63,116 nt of DNA, filler included, from Globobulimina sp. (GCA_003354225.1; 55 parts of 55 records of this genome joined end to end with filler, not necessarily neighbours in it); one strand, 5' to 3'. Positions 37,946 to 50,584 are shown, counted from the whole stretch's first letter. Made by a program: numbers and translations. Notes: generated from the sequence alone by a model not told the origin.

Positions 37946-38858
37946 TACATTGTTCTTCCATATACTCCAAATAATTGTTATCATCTGTGGCTATAAATAT
38001 TCTCGATCTATTTCCATAATAAGCAACAAACTTATTTATGTATTCCAAGTATTCAGAGGGCAGCACAGATCTACGTATTTTTATGTTGGTTTTATCAGTG
38101 CCTCGCATGTGAACGCCTAGAATTTCCAGCTCATTCCAATTATTTCCAAATAGCGCTGTCCAAATATTATTGACATGCTCCAATAGATCTGTTTTATAAA
38201 CAAAATATTTTGACACAATTCTGTATCCTGTCAGCCTCTGTTTGTAGTACCATTCTTCAGAATATTGTGTAAAGTCAATTGATTGGTGGAGGTAATCTTG
38301 GCTGTAATAAAAGCATCGGATAGCCCATGGTTCCAAGAAGTGCAATGTTTGAGAGACATAGTCTTTGGACAATACAGTGATATTTGAGATGTTAGCAACG
38401 CAGCCTTGAGATTCAGGGGTTACTGGTTCGAGGAAATAATTCCATGTGTTTTCACCGAATTGGGCATCGTAATATTGTTTATTGTATTCATTTTTATAAT
38501 TTATCCACAATGTCACATTGTGATGTTGTGCATAAAGAAAAAAGTTTATGGCGTAGATAAATATTTGCGTCGCAAACCCAGCCCAACGATCTCCTCCATA
38601 CGCAACCACAATATTGCACATGAAATGGTCCTCTAAATGCTGAGAGCTATTGATGCTTTTATTGGTATAGTTGATCAATTGAGCTCTTTGCAGCGATGTA
38701 ATGTGAATAGATTTGTCATTGAAACAAAATAAAGAAATAAAGTTAATAAGCACCAGGATCGCCAAAAGTGAACAAACATTGCAAAAAGTCCAATAAATAC
38801 TAGTGCATATTTTTGGTTTCATCCGTAACCATGACTGACACTTGTGATTTTCACTCAT
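37946..38858 (-). CDS. NodZ/FUT8-like (GT23-type) fucosyltransferase, type II membrane protein, 3' partial
   Basis: N-terminal TM, AGF, NTWNYFLEP, ILGVHMRGTDK and RIFIATDD motifs. Confidence 0.85.
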
Positions 38859-39316
38859 TTTTATTCTGAGCCTAATAGATATCCGGCGTTTATATTGACT
38901 CTGAACTAGTCAGATTTCACATGAGTTCAGCTGAGCTCACATTATTTCGAGTGCGGTGATTGAGCCTTAAGGAGTTTTGAGCGTAAATCTTTTTNNNNNN
39001 NNNNNNNNNNNNNNNNNNNNNNNNNNNNNNNNNNNNNNTTAATTAATTAANNNNNNNNNNNNNNNNNNNNNNNNNNNNNNNNNNNNNNNNNNNNTATTTA
39101 TTATCTTTTGTTGTTATATTTTTTTTTAGAATTCGTTATGTATACAAAAAGAACGTTGCTATAATATTAGTACTGTACGTACCGTGTAACTGTGCGTGTT
39201 ACATGTTCAGTAAATATAAAATTATGAAATTAAACCCGATAAAAAACAAAAAGAAATAACAAAAATAGGTTGTAAATTGCAAGAAATAAAAAGAAAAATA
39301 AAGAATATAACACTTA

Positions 39317-40143
39317 TTAAACATATCTAAAAGCTTGTGGTGGATCAACAAATGATAATTCTTCTTGAATAGGTTTATTTGGTTCATTTAAATTCAAAGG
39401 AATGCTAACTTCATCATAATATTCGTCCATATCGTCAGATATATATTCATCGATATCAACCCCGTATGCAGCCCCTTCATTTTCTTCCTCGTTTTTATCA
39501 TAGATTTGTGGTTTTTTTCTACGTTTTCTCAGTTTCCCTCGTTTTTTATGTACATTCTCAATTTTTTTTCTTTTTGTGAGATATTCGCCACCACACAATA
39601 TGCTCGTAAATGCACTTAAAAACACAAAAATATGATGGGTTGTATACGCGTATAATATCACAAATATCGACAATAAAATACCATTTGTATGCGAGTTAAA
39701 ATCAAAGCAATGCAATATATTATTTCCATGAAATCCAATGAATGAGAAATTACTTAAATTATTATTTTTATTTTTTAGTAAAATATATAACATCAACAAT
39801 GCTAAAAAACAGTATAAAAACAATGTTGTTCGCACAGAAATATATGAACACCGACTATGAGGAGCAGAATAATATGCAAATGACACTATCACTGTAATTG
39901 AATAACACATATAAACGATAATAATTGGTAATATCCAGGGATTATATGTGTTGATATAATGTATATCATCAAAATGTATGCAATAAAATAGCCAAACGGT
40001 GCACAAATAGTATGGTAATATAAATATTGATAAAACAAACCAATAATGCGTTGCTAACTCAATAATGCGTTTTATTTTTGCATTATTATTAAAAATATCA
40101 TCAAAACTGATTCCTTTGTGCCTACCATACATATAACCACTCC
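39317..40143 (-). CDS. Multi-pass membrane protein C-terminus
   Basis: Four hydrophobic helices followed by basic and acidic tails. Confidence 0.6.
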
Positions 40144-40243
40144 NNNNNNNNNNNNNNNNNNNNNNNNNNNNNNNNNNNNNNNNNNNNTTAATTAATTAAN
40201 NNNNNNNNNNNNNNNNNNNNNNNNNNNNNNNNNNNNNNNNNNN

Positions 40244-40541
40244 GCAATTGTCGCCATTTTATCGCTATTACGGCAGTGAACATTTCTATACGTCAAATGC
40301 ACAAGAAATCGGAACGATAACCCCCGGCTTACAAGGAAAGTATGGGTATAAATCTGAAGGAATTGCTGGTTATATTTCAACTGTAAAGCAAGGGAATCTG
40401 ATCCCATTATACAGATATTTCAGTGGAAAAGATCATTTTTACACAACAAATGCACATGAAATTGGTACAGATGTTGCTGGAATTACAGGGAAATATGGAT
40501 ATAAATGTGAAGGAATTGCTGGTTATGTTTCATCTAATTAA
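40244..40541 (+). CDS. DUF5648-like repeat protein C-terminus (PLYRY..DHFYT..EGIAGY repeats)
   Basis: Two repeats of about 50 aa: PFYRYYGSEHFYT..GYKSEGIAGY and PLYRYFSGKDHFYT..GYKCEGIAGY. Confidence 0.75.
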
Positions 40542-40563
40542 TAGCAAATTGATTGATGTGTTG

Positions 40564-40905
40564 ATTAATAGCAAATTGATTGATGTGTTGAACACGATTG
40601 ACATCAGTAAAGCGACGGTGAAACGGATAAGAATTAACTTTGGCTGGGCCTTGGTGTACAATGTGTGTATGATCCCGTTCGCGGCGGGGATATTATATCC
40701 ATTGATACATTATGCATTGCCGCCGTTTATGGCTGGTTTGCTGATGTGTTTGTCGTCGATTTCCGTTGTTTGCAATTCGTTGTTGCTAAAATTGTATAAG
40801 CCACCGGATAATATAACGAGAAAGAATAATATTACGGATAGTTTGGTGAATGGCATTCGTTCATTCTCAAGAAATGGCTACAATTCTTATGATAATGCTC
40901 TGTAA
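40564..40905 (+). CDS. Copper-transporting P1B-ATPase (ATP7/CopA-like) C-terminus
   Basis: DVLNTIDISKATVKRIRINFGWALVYN..IPFAAG..LPPFMAG..MCLSSISVV.NSLLLKLYKPP, with the YN and MxxSS Cu(I) motifs. Confidence 0.92.
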   Translation: MNSKLIDVLNTIDISKATVKRIRINFGWALVYNVCMIPFAAGILYPLIHYALPPFMAGLLMCLSSISVVCNSLLLKLYKPPDNITRKNNITDSLVNGIRSFSRNGYNSYDNAL

Positions 40906-41031
40906 TTAAATGACTTTCGTTGCATGGTTCATTAATGTAAAATAATTTTATTAGTGTTTTTACGTAGAGTTGTTGGGGACAATATAGCCTGAACTTTCAA
41001 CTTTTTTTCTCGAATTGATAATATAATGAAC

Positions 41032-41088
41032 TGACTCAGACAGGATTTAAACCTGCATCTATGTGAGTTGCATCCACAACATTTAGTC
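41032..41088 (-). pseudogene. 5'-truncated tRNA-like remnant with a GCA (Cys) anticodon
   Basis: Anticodon arm TGTGG-ATGCAAC-TCACA, a 5-nt variable loop and T-arm GCAGG-TTTAAAT-CCTGT. The 5' acceptor strand is absent. Confidence 0.5.
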
Positions 41089-41473
41089 TGTATTTAAAAT
41101 CTCCAAATATAATCAAAATTAATTATGGGATACGTATACTTTTTGTTGGTTCACAGATTGTTAGTAAGCAGAGGTCAGCATAAATGTGTTTTAATTTACA
41201 GCAATTTCAAAACAACAAAAGAAAATGTCAGTGTCTAATTCTTTGCATCTCCACATCCAAATGATTCTTGCTCGATATTTGTAAATATGAGANNNNNNNN
41301 NNNNNNNNNNNNNNNNNNNNNNNNNNNNNNNNNNNNTTAATTAATTAANNNNNNNNNNNNNNNNNNNNNNNNNNNNNNNNNNNNNNNNNNNNAACTTTGC
41401 AATGAACAGATTGTTATTTCAAAAATCAAAACTAACCTTGAGCTAACACATGTTGTAAGCTGTCATGTGACCC

Positions 41474-42441
41474 ATGCCATTTTGTAAAAAGTGCAGAAGG
41501 AAGAAATCTAGAGGCCGCCATAAATGCCCTTCATTCAAATGTGAATTTTGCAGTAATAATTTCAACAGAAAGGATGCGAGAGATAAACATTGTAATACAC
41601 ATTTAAATCAATCTTTATCATGCGACCAATGTAGCAAATTATTTAAAACAAAAGCGACTTTACAACAACACAAATATACTCATATTATAATAGAATGTGA
41701 CATATGTCACACTGCATGCACCAAACGCTCAATTGACACACATAAACGCAACAACTGTAATTCTACAAGAGGTGCGGCAGCCACATACATCAAACTATCG
41801 ACTGAATCAATAGATAATATACGCGCAAAATACAATTCATTTGACAAATCACGCGGTATATATTGATATAATATACTTATTTGTTTCTGATGTAATTCAT
41901 TGAAAACAAACAAAAAAGGAAATCCAACCTCTGCTGAAATCCATAAAATGATGCAAGATGAAGCAGATGCAAATAATATATCATTATTTAGAGAATCAAA
42001 TCCAAAAAGAAAGTCACAACAAAATGTTAAAGCAGTAAAAAGATTTTGCAAAAAGTATAATTTGAAGACAAGAAACAATTTTGACGTTATTGTACCACGT
42101 AATGAGAAACTAACACCATTGCAAGTACTATCGAGGGCAAAAAAAGATTCTACGATTTATCATTCAATGTCAGTACGACAGGATCGTGCCATTCAAAGTG
42201 CGTGTTTGATAAAAACGACATCAAAAGCAAAAGAAAATAAAAAAAGAAAAAAATTGCAGCAAAATCGATGCAAGTATGAGATGCAAGGGATGTACGAGAT
42301 GTTCGAAGTGCGAATGCTAATAAAAACAATAATAATTCCAAAGAAGAGCAGTCAGACTCAGAAAGTTCATATTGTAGTGATGATATTGCAAGTTTAAGCG
42401 ATGAAGAGTCAGAGGAAGGGTCAGAGGAAGGGTCAGAGGAA
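41474..42441 (+). CDS. C2H2 zinc-finger protein, intron 41856-41918, frameshifted Cys-rich and acidic 3' part
   Basis: Three C2H2/C2HC fingers. The 63-nt intron joins KSRG to NPTS. Other frames near 42250-42440 read CKGCTRCSKCEC and SDEESEEG repeats. Confidence 0.7.
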
Positions 42442-42541
42442 NNNNNNNNNNNNNNNNNNNNNNNNNNNNNNNNNNNNNNNNNNNNTTAATTAATTAANNN
42501 NNNNNNNNNNNNNNNNNNNNNNNNNNNNNNNNNNNNNNNNN

Positions 42542-42723
42542 GCGAATTCGCGTTCGGTGTGTACGGTTCTCTCATGTCGGCGACGATTGGAAGAGGAGGA
42601 AAACGTTTTGTCGCATCTGCTACATGTTCGATTGTTGAGGGGATACTTCTTCGTTTCGTCCTTTGGCGAAGGAGTTTCTTCTTTGAAAGAATGTCTCTCA
42701 TTGAGGGAGCGCTGAAATGACAA
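42542..42723 (-). CDS. C2H2 zinc-finger exon fragment
   Basis: CSRCDKTFSSSSNRRRHERTVH. Confidence 0.7.
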
Positions 42724-44453
42724 TATTTTAATTGATATTATGAAAATATAGCAGTACAGGAGACTAATATATCATATCATATATCTATCAATTTGAGGAT
42801 TATTTAGTGCAAAACAAAACGAGTCACACAGCCATTTTGTTATGTGCTCATAGCGAAATTGGCTAAACAATTTGTTTTCATATAAAAACCAATGTAAAAG
42901 TCACTCTAGTTGATACTTTGAAAATATTACAATTTCGTTCCCTAACAATATTTACTTTTTTCAAAGTAAATACATCAGTATAGCTTGCCTCGATGTGCTG
43001 CAACAAAATTATTACTTTTCGCGCCAATACCAACAAATATAACACTTACAATTGGAAATCTGTTTCCCAAAATGTTTATGAATTTATTTTGCGCGTTTCT
43101 ACTCATTTCGTCTGCCTCCATCATTCATTAACACTTTCAGAGAATGACAAAGTCTTGATGAATGTGACAAGATCCAAGGAGTAATAACAATAAGAGTAGA
43201 ATATTATGCAACTGATGAGGATTTAATACGAGCCGGCGATGATTCATTCAGACTGTCTAGACTGCAAAGATCGATAATTACGCAATGAGTGGCCAGGGAG
43301 CCAGTGATGATTCATTCAGCAGATGAGCTAATTATCGATCCGTTTAAAGTCTTTGCCCTGGCAGGCCTGGGCAACGTCTCAGCCTGCCAGGGTTACGGTA
43401 TTTATGGCTTTTGCTTAAGTTTCAAGTTTTGTCAAGTAAAAGAAATAAATTTAAAAACGTGCATTGACATTGAATATAAATTGCATATGTGAATGTTTTA
43501 TAGTGAGTAGTTTTAGCCATTTTGCTATATCTACAAGAACAAATTATTACACACAGATCAGTTGTGCTATAGTCGACCGGAAAACAACTANNNNNNNNNN
43601 NNNNNNNNNNNNNNNNNNNNNNNNNNNNNNNNNNTTAATTAATTAANNNNNNNNNNNNNNNNNNNNNNNNNNNNNNNNNNNNNNNNNNNNTTAAAGTGTC
43701 TGAGCCAAGTGGTTTAATCATAATTTTCTCCTCTTATAAATTTATTTAAAAAATTCCTATAAACTTTTAATAATAAAAGAGTTTTGCTCTTCAAAACAAA
43801 ACATTTATTATAAAAAAATAAAGATCCGCTGGAAAAACAAAAAATATTGTCTGACAACTAATGCTCCATTACAAAAGAGTGTTTCTATCAATTATTTTCC
43901 GCTATGTCAAGGTGATATTGTTAAATAGTGATAACCAAATTTTGAATATTGAATGCCATTTTATTAATGTTAAAGAAACATTAAGCGCTTACAATCAATA
44001 ATCCATTTAATAAATTGGACCCCTCTGCTTTTAAAACTCTCCTTCCTGCAAAAAATCATAAATTATCGATACATAGCGCTCCACAACATGTAATAGATAC
44101 TCACCTGTTTTATTTTGTTGGCAGGGGCTATATTTTTTAGTATTATTATTGCAATCCAAATTAACTTCAGAATAGTTACTCGACCCGTTTAAACAGCTTT
44201 TTTTCAGACCTGTTTTTCATTAAAAGCGATTCACCAAATATATATAATGTATTTAATAAACAAGGAGACAGCCCCAAATGGAACAGTCTGAAATAAACGG
44301 GCTAAGGAACTTTCTTGATAAGGTAAGGATGGCAGTGGATAGCCTGCCTCTCAGAATGATGTAGTTTTCATATTATTAATTCGAAGAGTTACCATAAATA
44401 ATGTTGCTAATAGAATTAAGTGGCCGGCTATAAAAGCTGCACAGGAACATTCA

Positions 44454-44739
44454 ATGAAAGAACGAGTTTTTACTGACACTACAAATTTTATTGCTATTGA
44501 TTATAATGATGTCGTTAAGATTGGCAACAAACGTTACATTGTTAAGGGGCATGAGCGTGAAGAACGGTTTGGCCTTGATGAACCTAAGTTCTGGGTAAAA
44601 AAGGTGGTGGATGTTGATAGCGGCGAACGAAGAGTCATGAAACTCTCCTTTTTTGAATCGTTTGAGGCGACTATTGGAGAAATAAAAATACCGTGTTTCA
44701 GACATCCGGAAAAGGAAGCCGCAGTGCTTGAGCTTGTGG
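44454..44739 (+). CDS. Bacterial Ser/Thr protein kinase N-terminus, of a type known from sulfate-reducing Desulfobacterota
   Basis: AGGA RBS, then FTDTTNF..IDY.DV..G.KRY..GHERE.RFGLDEPKFWVK..KLSFFESF..CFR.P.KEA.VLELV. Confidence 0.75.
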
Positions 44740-45016
44740 NNNNNNNNNNNNNNNNNNNNNNNNNNNNNNNNNNNNNNNNNNNNTTAATTAATTAANNNNN
44801 NNNNNNNNNNNNNNNNNNNNNNNNNNNNNNNNNNNNNNNAACGATATGGACGGATTGCCAAAGAAATAGCAATGATGCATGATACCAAAATAAGTGTAAA
44901 CGAGGTCATTATGTGTTGTTGACAAAAAGTATAAAAGTACAAGTTACTGTTTTTTTTTTGTAAACATTTTCGTTTCAACTTTCCATCATAATATATTCCC
45001 TTTTAACTTAAATTTT

Positions 45017-45057
45017 AAACTCCTGACGAAGACAGCATTTGTCGAAACGTCGGACTC
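45017..45057 (+). ncRNA. Minimal type I hammerhead ribozyme motif of the Penelope-like-element kind
   Basis: CTGACGA (45023-45029), extra A, stem II GACA/TGTC with loop GCATT, GAAA (45044-45047), palindromic ACGT and a GTC cleavage triplet ending at 45051. Stem I is weak. Confidence 0.7.
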
Positions 45058-45430
45058 TTATATTTGTACATTAAATAATATGACGCGCACTTCGTTGAAT
45101 GTGCCGCATTTTACCACCATCAGAGTAGCATCATATAGTACGGCCATATTGTCCTTAAATATTGCACATAATCAACATTACGATTTGGTGATGTGATCGA
45201 AGATGGAATGAGTCGAAATATATATTTAATATCACTAAAATGTGGGTCACCCATCACACACTAGATTCGATTCGGGAAACGCTTGTATGGGATATGCTCT
45301 TTTCGTCAATATCGTAATATCATCCACAAACAAATAAATTAAAAAGATTTACAATGAAACACAGACAGCACAAAAAGAAAAAGAAAAATATAAATTGTAT
45401 TTAATGAGTGATTCATATTAATTTAGATAT

Positions 45431-45888
45431 TCATTCACATTCAAATATTAATAAATCTTGTCTCAAACCATTAGAATCCCTTGTTTCCTGTATTGATGTT
45501 GTTATTTCTTTATATTTACTAATTAATAATGATGATATTGATGAATACACATAAAAAAGCCAACTTCTTCGACCTCCACTCTTCCCGTAATCCTTGCATA
45601 TACCATATAAGGAGCATTTTATTTTATTTCTTGTTTCTAATAAACTCAAAATATCCAATAATACACATAAACCAAATTGATATGATTTCAATCCATTAAT
45701 ATTAGTACAATAAATCTCAATATGTGTTAAATGTGGAAAGGCATTAATCAGTTTACCATTCAATAAATTTCGATTATCCGTAATATCTAAATATGATAAA
45801 TTATCTATATCCGAAACACCGCCACTTTTATCTAACGATTCCAATATCAAATCTTGTAAATATAATGGATAATCTTCAATGACATAAT
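45431..45888 (-). CDS. Hypothetical protein C-terminus, paralog of 46781-47037
   Basis: Shares LDILS..ETR..NKIKCSLYG..KDY.K..G.RRSWL.Y.YSSISS..RQDLLIF.C with the ORF on the next contig. Confidence 0.7.
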
Positions 45889-45988
45889 NNNNNNNNNNNN
45901 NNNNNNNNNNNNNNNNNNNNNNNNNNNNNNNNTTAATTAATTAANNNNNNNNNNNNNNNNNNNNNNNNNNNNNNNNNNNNNNNNNNNN

Positions 45989-46678
45989 GAGTTAGATTTG
46001 GATTCGATGCGGCTGGGCCCCGTGGACGAGATGCCCATTCCCAGAGCGTATCCGTCCATGGTCTTCTTCCCAGACAGCCTGGTCTTGATTGGCGGCACTA
46101 ACTGTTGGAGGGATGTGTATGGAGTGGTGGAGCAGTACGATTTTTTAACCTGTCGCTGGAGCCGATTGCACAAATTGAAATATCCGCGCTATGGCTCGTG
46201 TGCCGTCACCATACAGGAAAAGTACATATTTGTGGCTGGTGGCTGCGATCGGTTTTACCCCGTTATGAATGCAGAGATCTATGACAGGAAAATTAAGAAA
46301 TGGAACAGCTATCCATCGATGTTGAAGCCTGCGCAGAAATGCAATGCGTGTCGGTTCCGGGACGACGATATTTATGTGGCCGGGGCCAAGGATAACACTG
46401 TGCAGGTTTTCAATATTTATGAGAAGAAATGGAGGCTGGCGGGGAAGTTGAATCAGGCGAATGCCACCAATAAAGGGACTAAGCTATGCACGTTTGATTA
46501 TAAGTTGATTGCGATGAATAAAAATGATATCAGTAAATATGAGATATTTGATGAAGGCAGCAACCGGTGGTATGCCACAGATATAAGGAACCATCCGGTG
46601 AATAAGTTGTATCCAAAACCGTTTATGCATTACGATCAGATCTATGATTGGTTTCATTTGGGACGGAGATATTGGTAA
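45989..46678 (+). CDS. Kelch-repeat protein, 3' part
   Basis: LVLIGG..VEQYD..W, IFVAGG..AEIYD..W and IYVAG..VQVFN..W repeats. Confidence 0.9.
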   Translation, partial: ELDLDSMRLGPVDEMPIPRAYPSMVFFPDSLVLIGGTNCWRDVYGVVEQYDFLTCRWSRLHKLKYPRYGSCAVTIQEKYIFVAGGCDRFYPVMNAEIYDRKIKKWNSYPSMLKPAQKCNACRFRDDDIYVAGAKDNTVQVFNIYEKKWRLAGKLNQANATNKGTKLCTFDYKLIAMNKNDISKYEIFDEGSNRWYATDIRNHPVNKLYPKPFMHYDQIYDWFHLGRRYW

Positions 46679-46780
46679 TTGAGGAAAACGATACTTTTGT
46701 GTTTTTTGTTTCTTTTGTTTTTTTTCCATACGTACGAAAATATATGACATACACAAACAAACCGTTTGCATAAATAACAA

Positions 46781-47037
46781 TCACACACAGTCAAAAATTA
46801 ATAAATCTTGCCTAGCACCAGAAAAAGCACTTGTTTGTTGAATTGATATTTTAATTTTTGGATATTTGACATTTAATGGTGATGAGATTGATGAATATAA
46901 ATAATATAACCAACTACGTCTATCTCCACTCCCTTTTCTATAATCCTTCCATACGCCATATAATGAACATTTTATTTTATTTCTTTTTCTTGTTTCACTT
47001 AAAATATCCAATAAACCACATAATGAAAATTGATATG
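46781..47037 (-). CDS. Hypothetical protein C-terminus, paralog of 45431-45888
   Basis: High amino-acid similarity to the ORF at 45431-45888. Confidence 0.7.
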
Positions 47038-47471
47038 NNNNNNNNNNNNNNNNNNNNNNNNNNNNNNNNNNNNNNNNNNNNTTAATTAATTAANNNNNNN
47101 NNNNNNNNNNNNNNNNNNNNNNNNNNNNNNNNNNNNNAAAAAAAAAAAATGTTCCAAAACTTCACAACTGTGGTTGGTGAAAATTATAGAACTTTTCTTC
47201 TGATATAGTCGTCAAAGAAACTACAACAGAGTAGTATCGTAATCAAAATCCGAACAAAAATGTAAAAATCGATTGTTATTTAATTAACAAATATTGCCGT
47301 CAGCCTCTCAAAAGGCTTAAAGGCAATATACATTCAGACAGATAATTTGAAACAAATTAATCTGTCTCAACAAAGCACACAAAAAAATCCAAGCTAACAC
47401 ACAAAAAAATACCACGCAAACACACACATAAAAAAAATACAACGCAAACACACACAAAAACATTTACAAAC

Positions 47472-48164
47472 TTATTTTAACCATTTATGTTGACTGATTT
47501 TATTCAATTTAATTCTTTTATCCTCAAATTGATAAATTGATTGCAATAAATCAATTAAATCAGCATTTACATTTACTATATTCCATGATTCCAACACTCG
47601 AATAATATCACCATTCATTATTGATGCGAATCCTGCGTCAGAATTACATGCATTTCCCCATGGTTTAAACCCAAATACCATCATAAATAAAATTATTCCC
47701 AAGCACCAAACATCACAACCTCTTGCATCAAATTTTTGTTTAGCCACAACTTCCGGTGATTTATATCCTGATTTCCCGCAAAATTTACTGCTTTTATAGT
47801 CAAAATGTTGTTGTTCAAAATACGTTGCCAATCCGAAATCAATTAAAACGATTTGAATATCGCTTTGGTTGAACGTAATCTGTGAATGTGAGCCGGTATA
47901 CGTTACATCAACGTCGATATCATTCACCAGAAAATTCTCCAAAGAAATGTCAAAATGACAAACTCGTTTTGAATGAATAAATGCAACGCATTCAACCATT
48001 TGTTTAAATATACACTTTACCACTTTGTGCCATTCTGTAATATGGATATGTCCCAATGACAAGAGACGATGTGCCTGTTTCACAAAGTCAAACAGATTGT
48101 GTCCACCGTCTGTCATAACCAAATAATAATTGAAATCACTGTACATATACATGGATATTTCCAC
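47472..48164 (-). CDS. Ser/Thr protein kinase (CAMK-like), C-lobe
   Basis: HFDISLEN, IDFGLA, CGKSGYKSPE, DVWCLG, EDKRI..HKWL. Confidence 0.95.
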   Translation of the reverse strand: MEISMYMYSDFNYYLVMTDGGHNLFDFVKQAHRLLSLGHIHITEWHKVVKCIFKQMVECVAFIHSKRVCHFDISLENFLVNDIDVDVTYTGSHSQITFNQSDIQIVLIDFGLATYFEQQHFDYKSSKFCGKSGYKSPEVVAKQKFDARGCDVWCLGIILFMMVFGFKPWGNACNSDAGFASIMNGDIIRVLESWNIVNVNADLIDLLQSIYQFEDKRIKLNKISQHKWLK

Positions 48165-48286
48165 GGTAAATTAAATTATATGTGGANNNNNNNNNNNNNN
48201 NNNNNNNNNNNNNNNNNNNNNNNNNNNNNNTTAATTAATTAANNNNNNNNNNNNNNNNNNNNNNNNNNNNNNNNNNNNNNNNNNNN

Positions 48287-49335
48287 CTGCCTCCATAGAA
48301 ATATCACAAGTCTCCGGATTACCAATCCTATCAATCACATGACTCACAATCTGATTACACACACATTCCAACAATTTGCCACCAATTTGATACAACAAAT
48401 TGTCAGGAATTATGGAGCGACATCCATTTAAAAACTGGGAGATGGATATTAAAGATTCACTGAATGATTGTTTCAGCGCTTCAAATCTCCGCCGGTCATC
48501 GTCGAATATCTCAATAAAACGCGACAGACATTGCAAGATTGTCTGTCTTTGGTTATGTAGATGGAGAATAAAATATTGTTTTCCTAAAGATTTCAACGGC
48601 TGAATATACTGCGCAAACCATATAAATTTACATATCTGTTTTTCTTGCATCATTTGGCGGAAATTATCCGTAATTAACACGTTTCCGTGGTTGGTTTTGA
48701 TGGATAACTGCGACAAATGGAAGGATAGAAAGGCGGAGTCGTTGTAGAATTGCAGGCCAATGTACGATATCTGCGTGAAATATTTGTTGTGATACGAGAT
48801 GGATAAACTCATCCATAATTGGATGATATCGCAGCAAATATCCATGAATAAGTCGACGTACATGGTGGACAAACAGATTATATTCAAATCACTCTCATCT
48901 ACGATGTAATACATTTGCTCGATAAATATGCAAATGTTATATATTATTATTATGATCTCAAATATTGTCACACTTATCTTACACGGCTGTTTGCGGAAAA
49001 ATAGCTCACTCAAAAGTATCATATCCGAGTATTTAATGATTTTGTTATTATTATCGTCCATTTTATGAATGTGGTTATGTAAAACGATGGGATTAAAGGA
49101 CTCGTAATCATGGTTCTTGATTTTATTGCGGATGTTTTCGTAAATATATTGCCGTATTTTGCCGGGTAAGATCTGTGACAATATCTTGGAGGACAATCCA
49201 TATTTATTTTGCGTCGGATTGCTTTTAATTAATAATTGTAAGGATTGTTTTAAATATATTGCATCCATTATTTGTTGCAAGGATCGCAATGCATTTTCGA
49301 TGTTTTCTTGATAAGCAATGGAACAATGAATGTGC
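48287..49335 (-). CDS. ZW10: ZW10/Dsl1-like tethering/kinetochore protein, C-terminal region
   Basis: PCKIS, FYNDSAFLSFHL, PLKSLG..F..HL..QRQTILQCL, IIPDNL..IGGKLL and DISME follow the order of ZW10 C-terminal motifs. Confidence 0.72.
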
Positions 49336-49715
49336 NNNNNNNNNNNNNNNNNNNNNNNNNNNNNNNNNNNNNNNNNNNNTTAATTAATTAANNNNNNNNN
49401 NNNNNNNNNNNNNNNNNNNNNNNNNNNNNNNNNNNTTATCAACAAAGTCCAATAGATTCAGTTACTAGTATATCGATGAACGTACCATTTAACATATTTT
49501 GAAAAAATGAGGATTGATGAATTTATACGAAAACTTTCTGCAAACTATGAATCTAAACAGAAATTTCTGGAAACTAATATTTTACCCATTGCTGTGAAGG
49601 CACATCGTTATTAACGAAGGAAGAAAAAAAAAGTACTCAGTAATACAACATCAAAAAGAAATTAATACAATAATTTAATTCGCAAAATCGCAAAATCGCA
49701 AACGAGCATAGAATA

Positions 49716-50235
<520 letters not shown>

Positions 50236-50584
50236 GCTACAAAAATCTTCACACGAAATTTAAAAGAGGTTTTTACCGCAAAAAATCCTCAAGAAATGAC
50301 ACATCCAAAAACACTTAATCACAAAAAACGCAGTGATTTACAGTAATTAGCTGTTACAATATAACGCATGCACCTTTCTTTCTGATCATTTTATTTAATA
50401 TAAACATATCGTCCATGGTATTGTTAACTTTATTATATGTATCCACTATATGAATATCTCTAATTTGTTCTATTTTATTCATTGNNNNNNNNNNNNNNNN
50501 NNNNNNNNNNNNNNNNNNNNNNNNNNNNTTAATTAATTAANNNNNNNNNNNNNNNNNNNNNNNNNNNNNNNNNNNNNNNNNNNN

